A stretch of DNA of 64,000 nucleotides from the NCBI GenBank assembly GCA_964016885.1, contig OZ024741.1:93806001-93870000 (forward strand), written 5' to 3'. Within the stretch, counting starts at the first letter, position 1; each line of letters begins with the position of its first letter. The notes beneath the pieces are model-generated. The model had not been told where the DNA came from and searched no databases. It saw only the letters and a program-made list of their open reading frames with translations. Shown in pieces: positions 52,763 to 64,000 of this stretch. A program made the translations under genes and the position numbers. Source of the stretch: Eledone cirrhosa. Lineage: Eukaryota.

Positions 52763-53055
52763 TTGAAACTTCCTTTGAATTCTGCTACTTTCCCAAACCA
52801 TGTCGTGTGTCAACCTGACACCTGAAGCAAAATTTGATAATACACACATTTTACAACCATCTGTCACACAAATGATACCATAAGGGCACAAACAGCAGTA
52901 AATGTCTTTGCAAGGTTTATAAATTGGTAATGCCCTTCTCAGGATATGGACAGTTCCAGTCGGCACTATTTTCTGTATCTCTTGCAGAGATGGCTTTCTA
53001 GGTATCCGGTTCAAATATTTTTCAGTACCCTTTTTTATAATTCTAAGTGCGTCGA
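52763..53055 (-). mobile_element. 5'-truncated RLE-type (R4/Dong-like) non-LTR element flanked by (TAA)n
   Basis: DALRIIKKGTEKYLNRIP..EIQKIV.TGTVHILRRAL is a typical RLE-element C-terminus. (TTA)n runs on both sides. Confidence 0.72.
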
Positions 53056-53063
53056 ATTATTGC

Positions 53064-53115
<52 letters not shown>

Positions 53116-53297
53116 TGGTTTTGATCCTTGGGTGATAGACTTTCAATTCGCTATTGTCATTAATGGCTTTGGGAATAGCATGAATGTCACAATACACCAA
53201 TAAGATATCTTCTTTTAATATATAAGGCATTTATGCCTAATTAAAAGAAACTATTATTACCATCATTATTATTATTATTTTTTTGTTGTTGTTGTTG

Positions 53298-53962
53298 TCA
53301 TCTGTAACACAGCAAATTTGCCAGAGATGGAAACCAAGTACCAACTGTCCACAACCAGTGGATTGAGGTGGTAGATTTCATTAATGATTCAAGGACTCTG
53401 TGAAGTATCTGAACAGTCCCAAGGAATGCTGTTTGTTGTAGGTGTCTAATCTTCAAATTCACACCAATCTTCTTTATCCACTTAGGAAGTTCAGTATTTA
53501 TACTGCTTAGGGCACCTACAACAATGGGAATAACTTCCACTTTCTTCATTATCCGTGACTTGTATAATTTCCATTTTAAGTTGTCATAATGTTCTAGCTT
53601 TTCTTCTTTCTTGGCTACTCTTTCCTCTCCATTATACAGGTTCTCCCTTGTTTATAACCACAATGTCAGGTTTCCTGGAATGTCATGATTCGTATTTAAT
53701 CATGACATCCCATAGGATTTTGTATTTGTCATTTTTAAACACACCCGGCGTTTGTCTATACCATGTCCCGGCCCTCTCCAAAATTCTACTTGCCATATAG
53801 TTCTCAATCTATAATTCTTGTGATATTGTCATGTCACCTTTCATATTTTCTCTGCACCAGCTTCGTACACTCATTAATAATATACCACACTGTTTGTGTT
53901 TCTTCATCACACATCCTTTACTTATCACTATCAGTCGTATGATCTAATTTACACTTCATATG
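53298..53962 (-). mobile_element. Decayed RLE-type (R4/Dong-like) non-LTR element, 3' part
   Basis: Knuckle remnant RMCDEETQTV.YIINEC, HDNI, RKPDIVVINK (PD..D/E nuclease), VIPIVVGAL and LGTVQILHRVL. Confidence 0.8.
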
Positions 53963-54325
53963 TCCTAAACTGATTGTTGAACATTGCCTACCTCTGCATT
54001 AAATTCACCCATAATGTAAAGTGGTTCTTTCTGTTCATGATAAGAAGTATCCCTGCTACAGTGTGTCCATATCTGGTGATGCACCAAGTGTGGGAGAAAA
54101 TGCACTGATGAGATTGACATTGTCTTTGGTTGTTTGAAGGCAGAGTATCCTAATCTGCTCAGTTATGCCTGTTGGTGTATGAAACCAACTCCATACAGCT
54201 GATATTGATCAGTGTTTAGCCTTTCCAAGAGAAGGTGAAGTTTTTCTCCTTAAGAGAACCACTTTCTGCTATTTAAGTCTCCTGTAGAACAACAATATAT
54301 ATGTCTACAGGCACAGGCACACCAC

Positions 54326-57260
54326 CATCATCATCATCATCATCATCGTTTTTGCGGTGGTTTTTTCATGCTTGCATAGGTTGGATGGGTCCTTTTCAGC
54401 ATAGCAACCTATGCCCAGGTCTTTCTCACTCTACCGCTACTGTGGCTTCCATCCACTGGTATTTCCTGGCATTTTTTCACCTGCTGGTCATCATACATGT
54501 ACATCACATGTCCATACCAGTGCAGTATTCTCTCCTGCACATCACCTCAGATTCGTCTTAAACCCAGTTTCTCCCTCAGTTCATACAAGCTTTGCCTTTC
54601 TATCATGTTTATATTGCACATCCAATGAAGCATGGGTGCTTCATTCCCCTCCAGTCTACACATGTCTTCTTTAGTCACAGTCCATGTTTCACTACTATAC
54701 AGCATCACACTTTGCACACAGGCATCATACAGTCATTCTTTTGTACGTAGGGAGAAACCTTTTGTGGTCAACAGTAGTAGTCGCTCTCTAAACTTCTTCC
54801 ATCTTATCCTTATTCTAACTATTATGCTCTCAGAGCACACTCTTCCACTTTTAATTAAGTACCTAGATAGCAGCTATCAACCACTTCTATGGACCCTTCC
54901 TATAACTGGAATAAGTTTATATAACTGATGCTTTTTCCCTAGATTAAAGTCTTCCTTTTCTGTCAGTCTTTCCATTATCCCACTACATCCCTTGTGTACC
55001 CAATATTTACATTGTGTACATTGTATGGAGTTTATACCTACTTTTTTTCTACATATTGAGTAGGGCCACTTCCCTGAAGGGACCAGGGTCCTATCTTTTT
55101 TCCTATTCACTAGCACTTTCGTTTTGGTTAAGTTTACTCTCAGAAACTTTAATTCCAAGTTCTGTTTCCATAGACAGAATTTATTTTCTAGTTCTTTTAT
55201 GGATTCAGCTATAAGGACCATATCATCTGCATAGAGAAGTTCCATGGACAGCCAGTTTTAAACTCCTCTGTTATGACCTGGAAGACTATGATGAACAGCA
55301 GTGGGCTAAGAACCAAACCTTGATGAACTCCTACCTGTACCTTGAATTCCTCACTAAACTCACTTCCTATTTTCACTTTACTGACAGCTCCTCTGTACAT
55401 AGCTTGTACTGCTCTCATAAGCCATTCTTTTACATCTAATTTCCTTAAGGACCACCAGATAATAGATAAAGGTACTTTCTCAAAGGCATTTTCTAGATCA
55501 ACAAAAGCTAAATATAGTGGCTTGTTTTTGACTAGGAACTTCTCTTGTAGTTGCCTCACTAAGAAGAGGGCATCTTTAGTACTGTTCCCAGGCATGAAAC
55601 CAAACTACATTTCATCTAACTACTCTTTCTCTAATTAGCTGTGCTATAACTCTTTGTCATTTTCATAACTTGGTCCATTAGTTTTATTCCTCTGTTGTTC
55701 CTTTCTAGAGCATCACCTTTGCCTTTGTAGCAATTTATGATTGTACTGCTGTGTTAGTCATTGAGTATGACTCAGTCCTGTATTACCTGATTGACTATGA
55801 GAGTTACTAGTTTGACTCTTACTTCTGATGCTTTTAGCATCTCAGCAACTATCTCTGATGATCCTGCAGCTTTACCATTCTTCATCTCTTTGACACTATA
55901 ACTGTCAACTTCAATAGCTGGTCCTTCTGTTGGGTAAGTTGGGGTAGTTTATCTTCCTCCCATTCATTCTCTTATACTATTATTTCTAGGCCTCTTTCTT
56001 TTGGGAATCAGTGGTGCCAAGTGTATCAGTGTCATTTTTAACACATTTTACCCCAACATCTTGATTTACACTAACACACTGCCTTGCAATGCAAAAAACC
56101 CACGTTTTTCATCGTCAAGTCTCAAGACATTGGCAAACTTTCTTTTTTCAGCCTCTCTCTGAGCTGTGTATACCTGTCGTCTAGCTTCCCTCTTAGTTAC
56201 CTGGTACTGGTCTCTGTTACCCCCATTTCCCAGTCTTTCCATGCCTGTATCTTGGTTTTCATGGCTCTATCCACTGTGCTGTTTCACCATCAGGTCACCC
56301 TCTGCCTGGTTGGCACTTTGCTCCAACCACAAGTCTCGTCAGTGGTTTGCAAAAGGTTGTGTAAGAATTTCCAGTTGTCCTCTACATTATATATACCTAG
56401 TTCATTACCCCTCTCATCTACTGCATCCCGTAGCACCTTTCTAAACCTATATTTAACTGAAAGGTCCTTTAGCTTCCAACTCCTCTGTCTCCATATTTTT
56501 TTGTATATTTTGTTCTGTCTTGTGTTTATTTTGATGTTACTAATAACTAACTTGTGTTGGGCATTGTATTCTTCCCCAGTGAAGGCCTTAGTTTTTACAG
56601 TCCATTTATCTAGTTGTCTTACGAGTAAGCAATCAATTTGGTCTGTGTTTTCACCTGATTGATATGAAATCAGGTGGCTGACTGTTTTCCTGAAATTTGT
56701 GTTGTAGAGGGTTTGTTCATTCAGGTTACAGAATTCCAGGAGTCTCAATCCCTCTGCATTTTTTGAGTCATAACCATAGCCACTTTGAACTCCACAGAAT
56801 CCCTCCTGGTAATGTCCCACATGTCCATTGAAGTCACCTGCCACGATGATGAAGTCACCTTTATTGATAACTGAAGTTGTCTATAAAAGTTCCTTTACTC
56901 AGTCATGTCTGTGGGGGCATAGGTAGCTGTAATTGTCACCCTAACAACTGTCACTCACTCTAACTACTTCTATAACCTTATCTATCCATTTCTCAGCTAG
57001 TAAGATGCCTCCACCTCCTACCCTATCATCATTTCCTACCCAGTAGAGTTTATATCTCTCGTGTTTGTCTGTGATTAGTCCCGTTGGGACACCCCTCCAT
57101 CTCACTTCTTGTACACACCATACATCTACTCTTCTCTCTAACAGTTCCACAATTTCCCCTGATTTACCATTCAGGGTGCCAACATTTAGGGTGGCAGTCC
57201 TGAGATTTGTACCCTGACAGTGGCTATTATTTACTTGGGTAGAGGTTTTATGTATCCGAA
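54326..57260 (-). mobile_element. Near full-length decayed RTE LINE
   Basis: TLNVGTL, CVQEVRWRG, AGDFNGHVG, QID, RQLQEK, AFVDLENAF, GVHQG..LSPLLF, ELLYADD, and a (GAT)n tail at ~54330. Frameshifts and stops throughout. Confidence 0.92.
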
Positions 57261-58003
57261 AAGGAAAAAGGTTGTGTGATTGCTTTATGATGGTCTAGGG
57301 GTTCTCACACATGGCTACACTAACCACCCCACTACTGTGCACAGTGCTAACATGACTATTGTTAGCCCTGTATTCGCAATTAGTGAAAATCATATGTGTG
57401 CTTGTCTTATTTTGGCAGGTTATTTTCTGGCTGGCTGCCCTTCATATCACCAACCACTTTACAGTGTGGACTGGGTACATTATTCGTGCCACCAGCACTA
57501 AGAGAGGTTGTCTTACTGAACTTGAGAGTCTTCTCCACCTTATATTTGTTTTTAATTTGCAGTGTCCTCTCTTCTCTCTCAGACGGGTTGCCTCCATGTC
57601 TGCCCCGTGCAGTCGTTTTTAATTGGAGTCACTGCCCGCTTAGACTGGTTGCCTTCACTATGGTTTATGGAGTCCAAGCCTGCCGCGTGTAGTCTTTTTC
57701 GACCTTGGTGATGTAACAATGGACAGGATGGTTGAGGAAAAAGGGGGAGAGGGTGAAATGTAATGTCAGCTAAAACAACTAACCAGAAGGTGGTGGAAAA
57801 GGGGTAGGTGGGCTGGGTTTTTCTTCAAGAGAGACAGAATGAGCGTTGCATGTAGTTTGCTTGTTTAGAACGAATCGAGATCGGGAATGGAGGAGGAAGA
57901 TAGTGCCGATAGAGCCATAAAGTTAGTTGAAGAAGAAAAAGAAGAAAAGGTATTAAAAAAAATATTGAATATTGAAATAAGCAAATATTATATATATATA
58001 TAT

Positions 58004-58076
58004 AATCAGTTCTCGCCCCACCCTTGCAAGCAGGGAAAAGCGGACGTAAAAGGAAATGATGATGAATGATGATGAT
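58004..58076 (+). mobile_element. 3' tail fragment of the 12431-family SINE inserted in (TA)n
   Basis: AATCAGTTC..CCCACCCTTGCAAGCAGGGAAAAGCGGACGTAAAA plus (GAT)n, with TA runs on both sides. Confidence 0.8.
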
Positions 58077-58080
58077 ATAT

Positions 58081-58455
58081 ATAAATGTAATCTGAGTCTT
58101 TCGAATATTAATAACATTCGATTCGTTTGCAATTATACAAACAAGCCTCATTTTTATAGCCATGTCAGTAGAATGAACAATTCATTCTTGCTCTTGTGTT
58201 GGCATGTAAACAGAACTGCAGACACTAATGTTTCTGGGTATCACCCTTCATCAGTACAGCTCACTGTTCACCTGCCAACTGTCAGAGCTAGTGAAAATAT
58301 ATGCTATTTAGTGTCTGCAGTTCTGTTTACATGCCAACACAAGAGCAAGAATGAAGTGTTCATTCTACTGACATGGCTATAAAATTGAGGCTTGTTTGTA
58401 TAATTGCAAACGAATCGAATGTTATTAATATTAAAAAAATTCAGATTACATTTAT
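58081..58455. repeat. Long inverted repeat / foldback element (148-bp arms, 79-bp spacer)
   Basis: 58081-58228 is the near-perfect reverse complement of 58308-58455. Confidence 0.95.
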
Positions 58456-58513
58456 TGTATTCAGCCATGTAGAGTGAAAAAAAAACAAAACTCTCTCTCT
58501 CTCTCTCTATAGA

Positions 58514-61450
58514 ATCATCATGACTTGGCTTCGCGAACGTTGACTGTAGGCACGCTCATGGCTGCTAAGGTAAATGCGGGACAGGCAGGCACGGCCACAG
58601 TGGCTGCAGCTGAAGGTCTGGTCAAGGATTAATGACTTGGTGTTGTGGTTCTTCCTCCTGTGCATTTTGTTCTTGAGGGTAGCTCTGCGAGTGTTTTCGA
58701 GGGAGGACAGCATGGCTGATGTTGAGACGCCAGGTGTCATTATTCTCAGCTAGGGTAAACCACCAGCGATGGTCGATGTTACAGGTACTAGGGGAATTTT
58801 TAAAACAGTCCTTGTATCGCTTCCTTGGTGCCACTCTGACACAATGGCCAATGGAGAGTTCGCCGTACAGTGTGATCCTGGGCAGGCGATGATTCTTCAT
58901 TTTGGCGACTTGCCCTACCCAGCGTAGTTGGGACTTCAGCAGCATAGCCTCGGTGCTGGTTCGACATTGGTGACAAAGTCTCCAGTGGGTGTTGAGGATG
59001 GTGCAGAGGCAGCGCTGGTGGAAGCGCTTGAAGAGTCGAAGGTAGTGGCGATAAGTGACCCACGAATCTGAGCCATATAGGAGGGTGGTAAGGACTATGG
59101 CTCTGTACTTTCTGTTCTTGGTCCCTTTCTTCAGGTGTTTATGGTTTCACGCGTTTGTACAGTCTTTCAAATGCACTGCTCGCCTTTGCCTGTCTATTGC
59201 TGATTTCCCTGGGGTGCACCATCTGATGTGATGGTGCACCCCAGGTAGGTGAACTGATGGGCTGTTTTCAGTTCAGTCACACCAATGGTGAAATGGGGAG
59301 GGTGGTACTCTTCTTGAGTTGCAGGCTGGTGAAGTACCTCTATCTTCACTAAGCTAACTTCCAGCACAAAGAGCTGGGCAGCCTCTGCGAATCAGGAAGT
59401 GATGTGCTGCTAGGCTCCTTCTGTGTGGGCAACAAGAGTAGCAGCGTCGGCAAAGAGGAGGTCTCGGATCAGTTGCTCCAGGGTCTTCGTGTGGGCCTGA
59501 ACTCGACAAAGATTAAGAAGGCTGCTACCCAGACGGTATCTGATGTAGACTCCGTCCTCGTTATCAAGATCTGTGGCCTGCTTGAGCATTATGCTGAAGA
59601 AGTTGGTGAAGTAAGTCGGTGCCATGACGTAACCCTGCTTCACTCCATTGATGATCGGGAAGGGTTCTGAGAGGTCATTGCTGAGTCTGATGTGGCCACA
59701 CTGGTCTTCGTGTTCTGGAACTTTAGCGAACAGCCGAGACGTTCCATGATCTGCAACATTCCTTTTCTGCTTACTGTATCGAATGCTTTATTCAAGCCAA
59801 CAAACGCCAGGTACAGCCCTTTATTTTCTCTCGGTACTTCTCTTGGAGCTGTCTAAGACCAAACACCATGTCTGGTGTTCCTGTTGATTCTGAAGCCACA
59901 GTGACTCCATGTGTGGTGTTCTTCTGTGATGGTATATCTCAGCCTCTTTAGCAACATCCTTACGAGGATTTTTCCCGGGGCAGTGAGCAGAGTAATCCCC
60001 CGGTAATTTGAGCAGTTGCACTTTTCCCCTTTGCTCTTGTACATGTTAATGATGACTGTATCGTGGAGATCTTGTGGCAGGTTGCCCTGCTCCCAGCACA
60101 ATAAGAAGAGCTTGTGGAGTTTTACGTGTAGCACTGGAATTCCATCAACTCCTGCTGCTTTGTCACTCCTTAACTGCTCTATGGCTTTGATGGTCTCTTC
60201 AATGGTGGGCAACTCATCCAGTTTCATTTTTACTGGTTGTTGGGGAATGCAGAGAATTGCTGATTTTTGGACAGTGTGGTTGGCGCTGAAGAGGACCTGA
60301 AAATGTTTTGACCAACAGCTTAAGATGGTCACCCTCTCTGTGAGGAGGACTTGGCCGTCTGCACTGTCCAAAGACTCTAGACCTGATATGTAGGGCCATA
60401 CACTGCCTTTAAGACTTCTTTGAGGTGAATTCAAGGACTTCTCTAGATGTCTGCAGGATGGCATTTTTTAATATATTCCCAAATTGTTTCTGGAGAGGGA
60501 TCTGTGGGAATACTCACATCTTCAAGTCTCAACTAAAGGGCTGCTTCGAAGTCAGCTGACTGGATCTGCTAACCCTGAACTTTTTCCGGGGAGCGCCTCC
60601 TTTCTTTGATTTGGGTTTAAAGTGGAACTTGAGTTTGCAGCGTACGAAATGATGGTTGGTGTAACATTCCGCACAGGGCATCACTCTAGTATGCAATACA
60701 TCTTTCAAGTCACACCGGTGCAATAAGATATAATCAATGAGGTGCCAGTGTTTGGAACGAGGCTGCATCCAGATTGTTTTCAAACTATCCTCCAGCTGGA
60801 AGATGGTGATCGTGATGTTCTGCACAAAACTCCAACAGCAAGCATCCAATGTCATTGCAGTTACCAATGCTATATCTCCCAAGCACTCCCTCCCAAGTTA
60901 CAAAATCTTGGTCCACTCTGGCGTTGAAATGGCCAAGAATTATGAACTTGTCGTCCACAGGGAGTGCCCTGTAAGAGACTGTGCAGATCAGTTTAAAACT
61001 TGTTCTTTTCTGCAGAATCTACTTGAAGAATGGGTGAGTACACACTGAAGAGTGTGGCATATTGCTGATTACTCAGTGGGATGCGCATAGAGATGATGCA
61101 GTCACAATGACCTGTTGGCAGGTTTTCAAGCTTGGTTGCGGTAGAGTTTTGAGCATGAAGCCCACTCATGAAAAGCGTCTCTCTGCTGCTGGTTTACCTG
61201 ACCAATTAGAGGGTATATCTGGTGCCATGCTCTTGTAGGCTGCCTTCCTCTGGAAAGCGGACTTCATTAAAAAGGGCGATGTCAGCATTCAATCTTGACA
61301 GCTCGTGGGCAATCAGAGCTGATCGACGTACTGGACGACTGTGTCTAGCATGGTTCTGATGTTCCAGCATGCAATTTTCAGTCCATGTTTTTCGACCTCA
61401 CGAGAAGATTCCTGTTGATCGCAGTTTGCCAACTGGGTGGTGTAGGGTAC
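58514..61450 (-). mobile_element. Near full-length decayed RTE (BovB-like) LINE with one terminal C2H2-like finger
   Basis: ACWNIRTML, WMQPRSKHWHLIDY, NYRGITLL, KQGYVMAPT, DLLFADAA, QLRWVGQV, LYGEL and FSCSHCGRACLSRIYLSSHE. (GAT)n tail. Confidence 0.92.
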
Positions 61451-61712
61451 GAGCTTAGTTTAGGCTAACTTTTGTGGGAAATTCTATAGAAGATGGATCT
61501 ATTATGTACTAAGAAGCTAATAAAGTATTTTTATTTTTTTACCTACTGTTAACAAGAGTGGCAAAAGTATATATTTATTTCGTAATCAGAAACTTCATTA
61601 TCGGAGGAAATTCTTTTAATTATTGAAAGAAATCTACAAAGAAAATCTTTTCAACAAAATGATATGTAATGCAATAAAAAATAAATACATTTTCTTTAGT
61701 TTATGTAATTGA

Positions 61713-61845
61713 AGGCATGTGGCTTAGTGGTTAGAGCGAGTGATCCTGGATCGAGACAAGACGCTTTATTTTTGACATTGCTTCAGTTCATTCAACTGAA
61801 GAAATGAGTTGCGACGTCAGTGGGGCGAAGCTGCATCAGCTTTAC
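61713..61845 (+). mobile_element. Old fragment of a Meta-like tRNA SINE
   Basis: GGCATGTGGCTTAGTGGTTAGAGCG ... CAAGACGCTTTAT ... GAAATGAG. Confidence 0.65.
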
Positions 61846-62011
61846 TCTTAGTTTATGCAAAAAGTGAAACAAAAACGAAGCAATAATATATATGATACTA
61901 TTGTTTCTGTTAGATTTATATTTTTCATAAAAAAACATCAAGGATTGATTGCTTTACTTGTATACGAACCTCTAATTATTTCCTATGATAAGTCAGTGCT
62001 ACCTTTACGAA

Positions 62012-62140
62012 GGTGGTCGATTTAGCAGAGTCGTTAGAGCGTTGAATATTTCCTCCGGGTCTCTGCGTTCTCACTTCAAACCCCACCGAGGCTCACCTTG
62101 CTTTTCATCCTTTCATAGTCGATAAAGTAAATACCAACCC
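62012..62140 (+). mobile_element. Old Nin/Deu-like SINE fragment
   Basis: TTCAAACCCCACCGAGG..GCTTTTCATCCTTTCATAGTCGATAAAGTAAATACC. Confidence 0.65.
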
Positions 62141-62614
62141 AGTGCTGGTGCAATCTCTCCTTCTAGCTGTCACATCCTAGATGTTTCACTGGATCAAAGG
62201 AGGGAGGATTAAAAGGGTTTTTGTGTCTGCTCGCTACTGAATCAGCATCTAAAACCGTAATTTACCTTCAAAACGGAAACAATTACTCGATCCGCAGGTT
62301 GTAACAGTGAAGTTGTGTTTGGTGGAATGTAATGGCTTCAACAGATACCCACGTTAAAAGTAAATCGAGTTTTGATGACTGACACGGAGCATTGACCAAA
62401 AAAACAGAAGTGCTTTGGGCTCGAAATCATTTCCCCATGGACAGCTGGATAGAAATATTCAACGAATCATGAACCAATCGGTAAACGAACTCTGTGTAAC
62501 TTTTCGTTACTTTTTCATATAACGGGCAGATTTGATGCTTCTGGTGTATCAATAACACAAACAAGCAATGGTATAAGTTTCAAATTTCCAGTGACATTTA
62601 CTCTTAATAATAAT

Positions 62615-62801
62615 TGTTTCTACTTTTGGCACAAGGCCAGCAATTACCCAGTTCATCACTGGTACTTTATTTTATCGACCCGGTAAGGATGAAAGGCAAA
62701 GTTAACCTCGACGGGATTTGAACTCAGACCGTAAAGGGACGTAACTATGCTGGAAAGCATGGCGTCCAACCCTCTACTGATACTGCCAATTCACCGCCCT
62801 T
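62615..62801 (-). mobile_element. Nin/Deu-like SINE
   Basis: Near-identical to 21970. 18-bp duplication TTTACTCTTAATAATAAT (62597; 62802). Confidence 0.92.
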
Positions 62802-63089
62802 TTTACTCTTAATAATAATGTGAGATAACCTTTTGCTGTTTTATACATAGATGCCTTTTCTTCCACCCTCATAGGGTAGCTATATTATGACAGTACTAGA
62901 TATTTTACTTCTATTTTCTCACATAAAACATTTCGTTTATTCTCGTAAACAGTATTTTTTTATTCCTGTGAATCTTTAAGTAATACAATGCGACTTGAGT
63001 TTTGTTTGGCAACTTTTATTTTGCCAGATTGAATCATTACGCCTTTCAAAGTTAACACTGCAAGGCTTTATGATTCCGCAACATACAGG

Positions 63090-63800
63090 TATATAAAATC
63101 GGTCCCACTTTCCTATAGACCATGATCATTTCCTGTATATCTTCTTCTTCTACACATCCGCTTCCGGTCCCATGTGAAGTTCTCTTGCTTTAAACACAGT
63201 GTCATCTTCGAGGACTTTCTTCAGTACGATGTTTGATCTCCCACCTCACCTGCATACATTTGGTTTCCAGTGAAGAACTCTGCCAGCAGATTCATTGCAG
63301 CGTGTCACATATCCAGCGAATGCAAGCTTCCAACACTTTATGATGTCAGAAAGGCAAGAATGTGAACCGTAGATTGATTATTTGTTACATGTGCTTTCCA
63401 AGAGATACCCTGGACCTTTCTAAGCATTTGCATGTATGTGCTATTGATATTCTTTGTGAGGTTTTTGTTAATATCCATGACTCACATCTGTAGAAGAGAA
63501 TAGATTCAACCGTTGCTTTAAATAGACTCATTTTCGTCGCTTTCTTGATTCGAAATACGTCTTGTCTATCACGATGCCCACATCATGTTCTGTGTTTGTG
63601 TAATTATCTAGGTTCAGGAAGATACACACCTCTTCAATCTCCAATCCATCCAACGCATGCATTTGGTCATTTGGTGTTGCATTGAGATGCATTCAAGAAG
63701 AGTCCAATGGAGAGCACTGTAGCCACAACTCTGTTACATGCTCTCGGCTTCTTTGATGGCATACATTCACTGTATTTTAAGTCTGTTTAATTCTTGATAC
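63090..63800 (-). mobile_element. Old LINE RT C-terminal fragment (RTE-like)
   Basis: KMSLFKATVESILFYRCESWILTK and RLHSLDM-like segments. Highly decayed. Confidence 0.6.
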
Positions 63801-64000
63801 TATCCAGTCAAACATTCTTAGTTTTCGTCTTCCTCTCTTATTCATTTTGATTTCTATTTATGGTCTCTTTGAATATTTTTTTCTTATTAAATGTTCAAGC
63901 GATTTAAGTTGCGTTAACATGGGACATTAGTGTAGATCAATTAATAAGTTCCCATATTTGCTAATGTATCGCAACAAATGTGTCTAATAAAACAAATAAA

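Noticed and set aside
57887-58069. Acidic/basic 60-aa ORF (MEEEDSADRAIKLVEEEKEEK)
   Set aside because: A purine-rich patch running into TA repeat and a SINE tail. No domain or splice support.

Overview
Eukaryotic, AT-rich, repeat-dense genomic window, most likely from an octopod cephalopod (inferred from the SINE/RTE repeat repertoire, not proven). One host gene is present on the + strand, tripeptidyl-peptidase II (TPP2). It has a first coding exon at 2177-2338 and twelve phase-consistent 3' exons from 21556 to the stop at 52628. The exons for the middle ~660 aa, including the catalytic His and Ser, were not found and probably lie in the 200-N gap at 19991-20190. Intron 1 holds a full-length, uninterrupted RTE-clade LINE (APE endonuclease, RT with a YTDD motif, three C2H2 fingers) embedded in about 5 kb of same-strand TA/TATG microsatellite. 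A later intron is filled by a ~7.5-kb 33-bp minisatellite whose units look like splice acceptors. The rest is decayed LINEs (RTE, CR1-like, R4/Dong-like), two tRNA-derived SINE families with clear target preferences, piggyBac/mariner/hAT derivatives (several nested) and a long foldback element. There is no CRISPR array or prokaryotic system. All calls were made by eye, without database searches.
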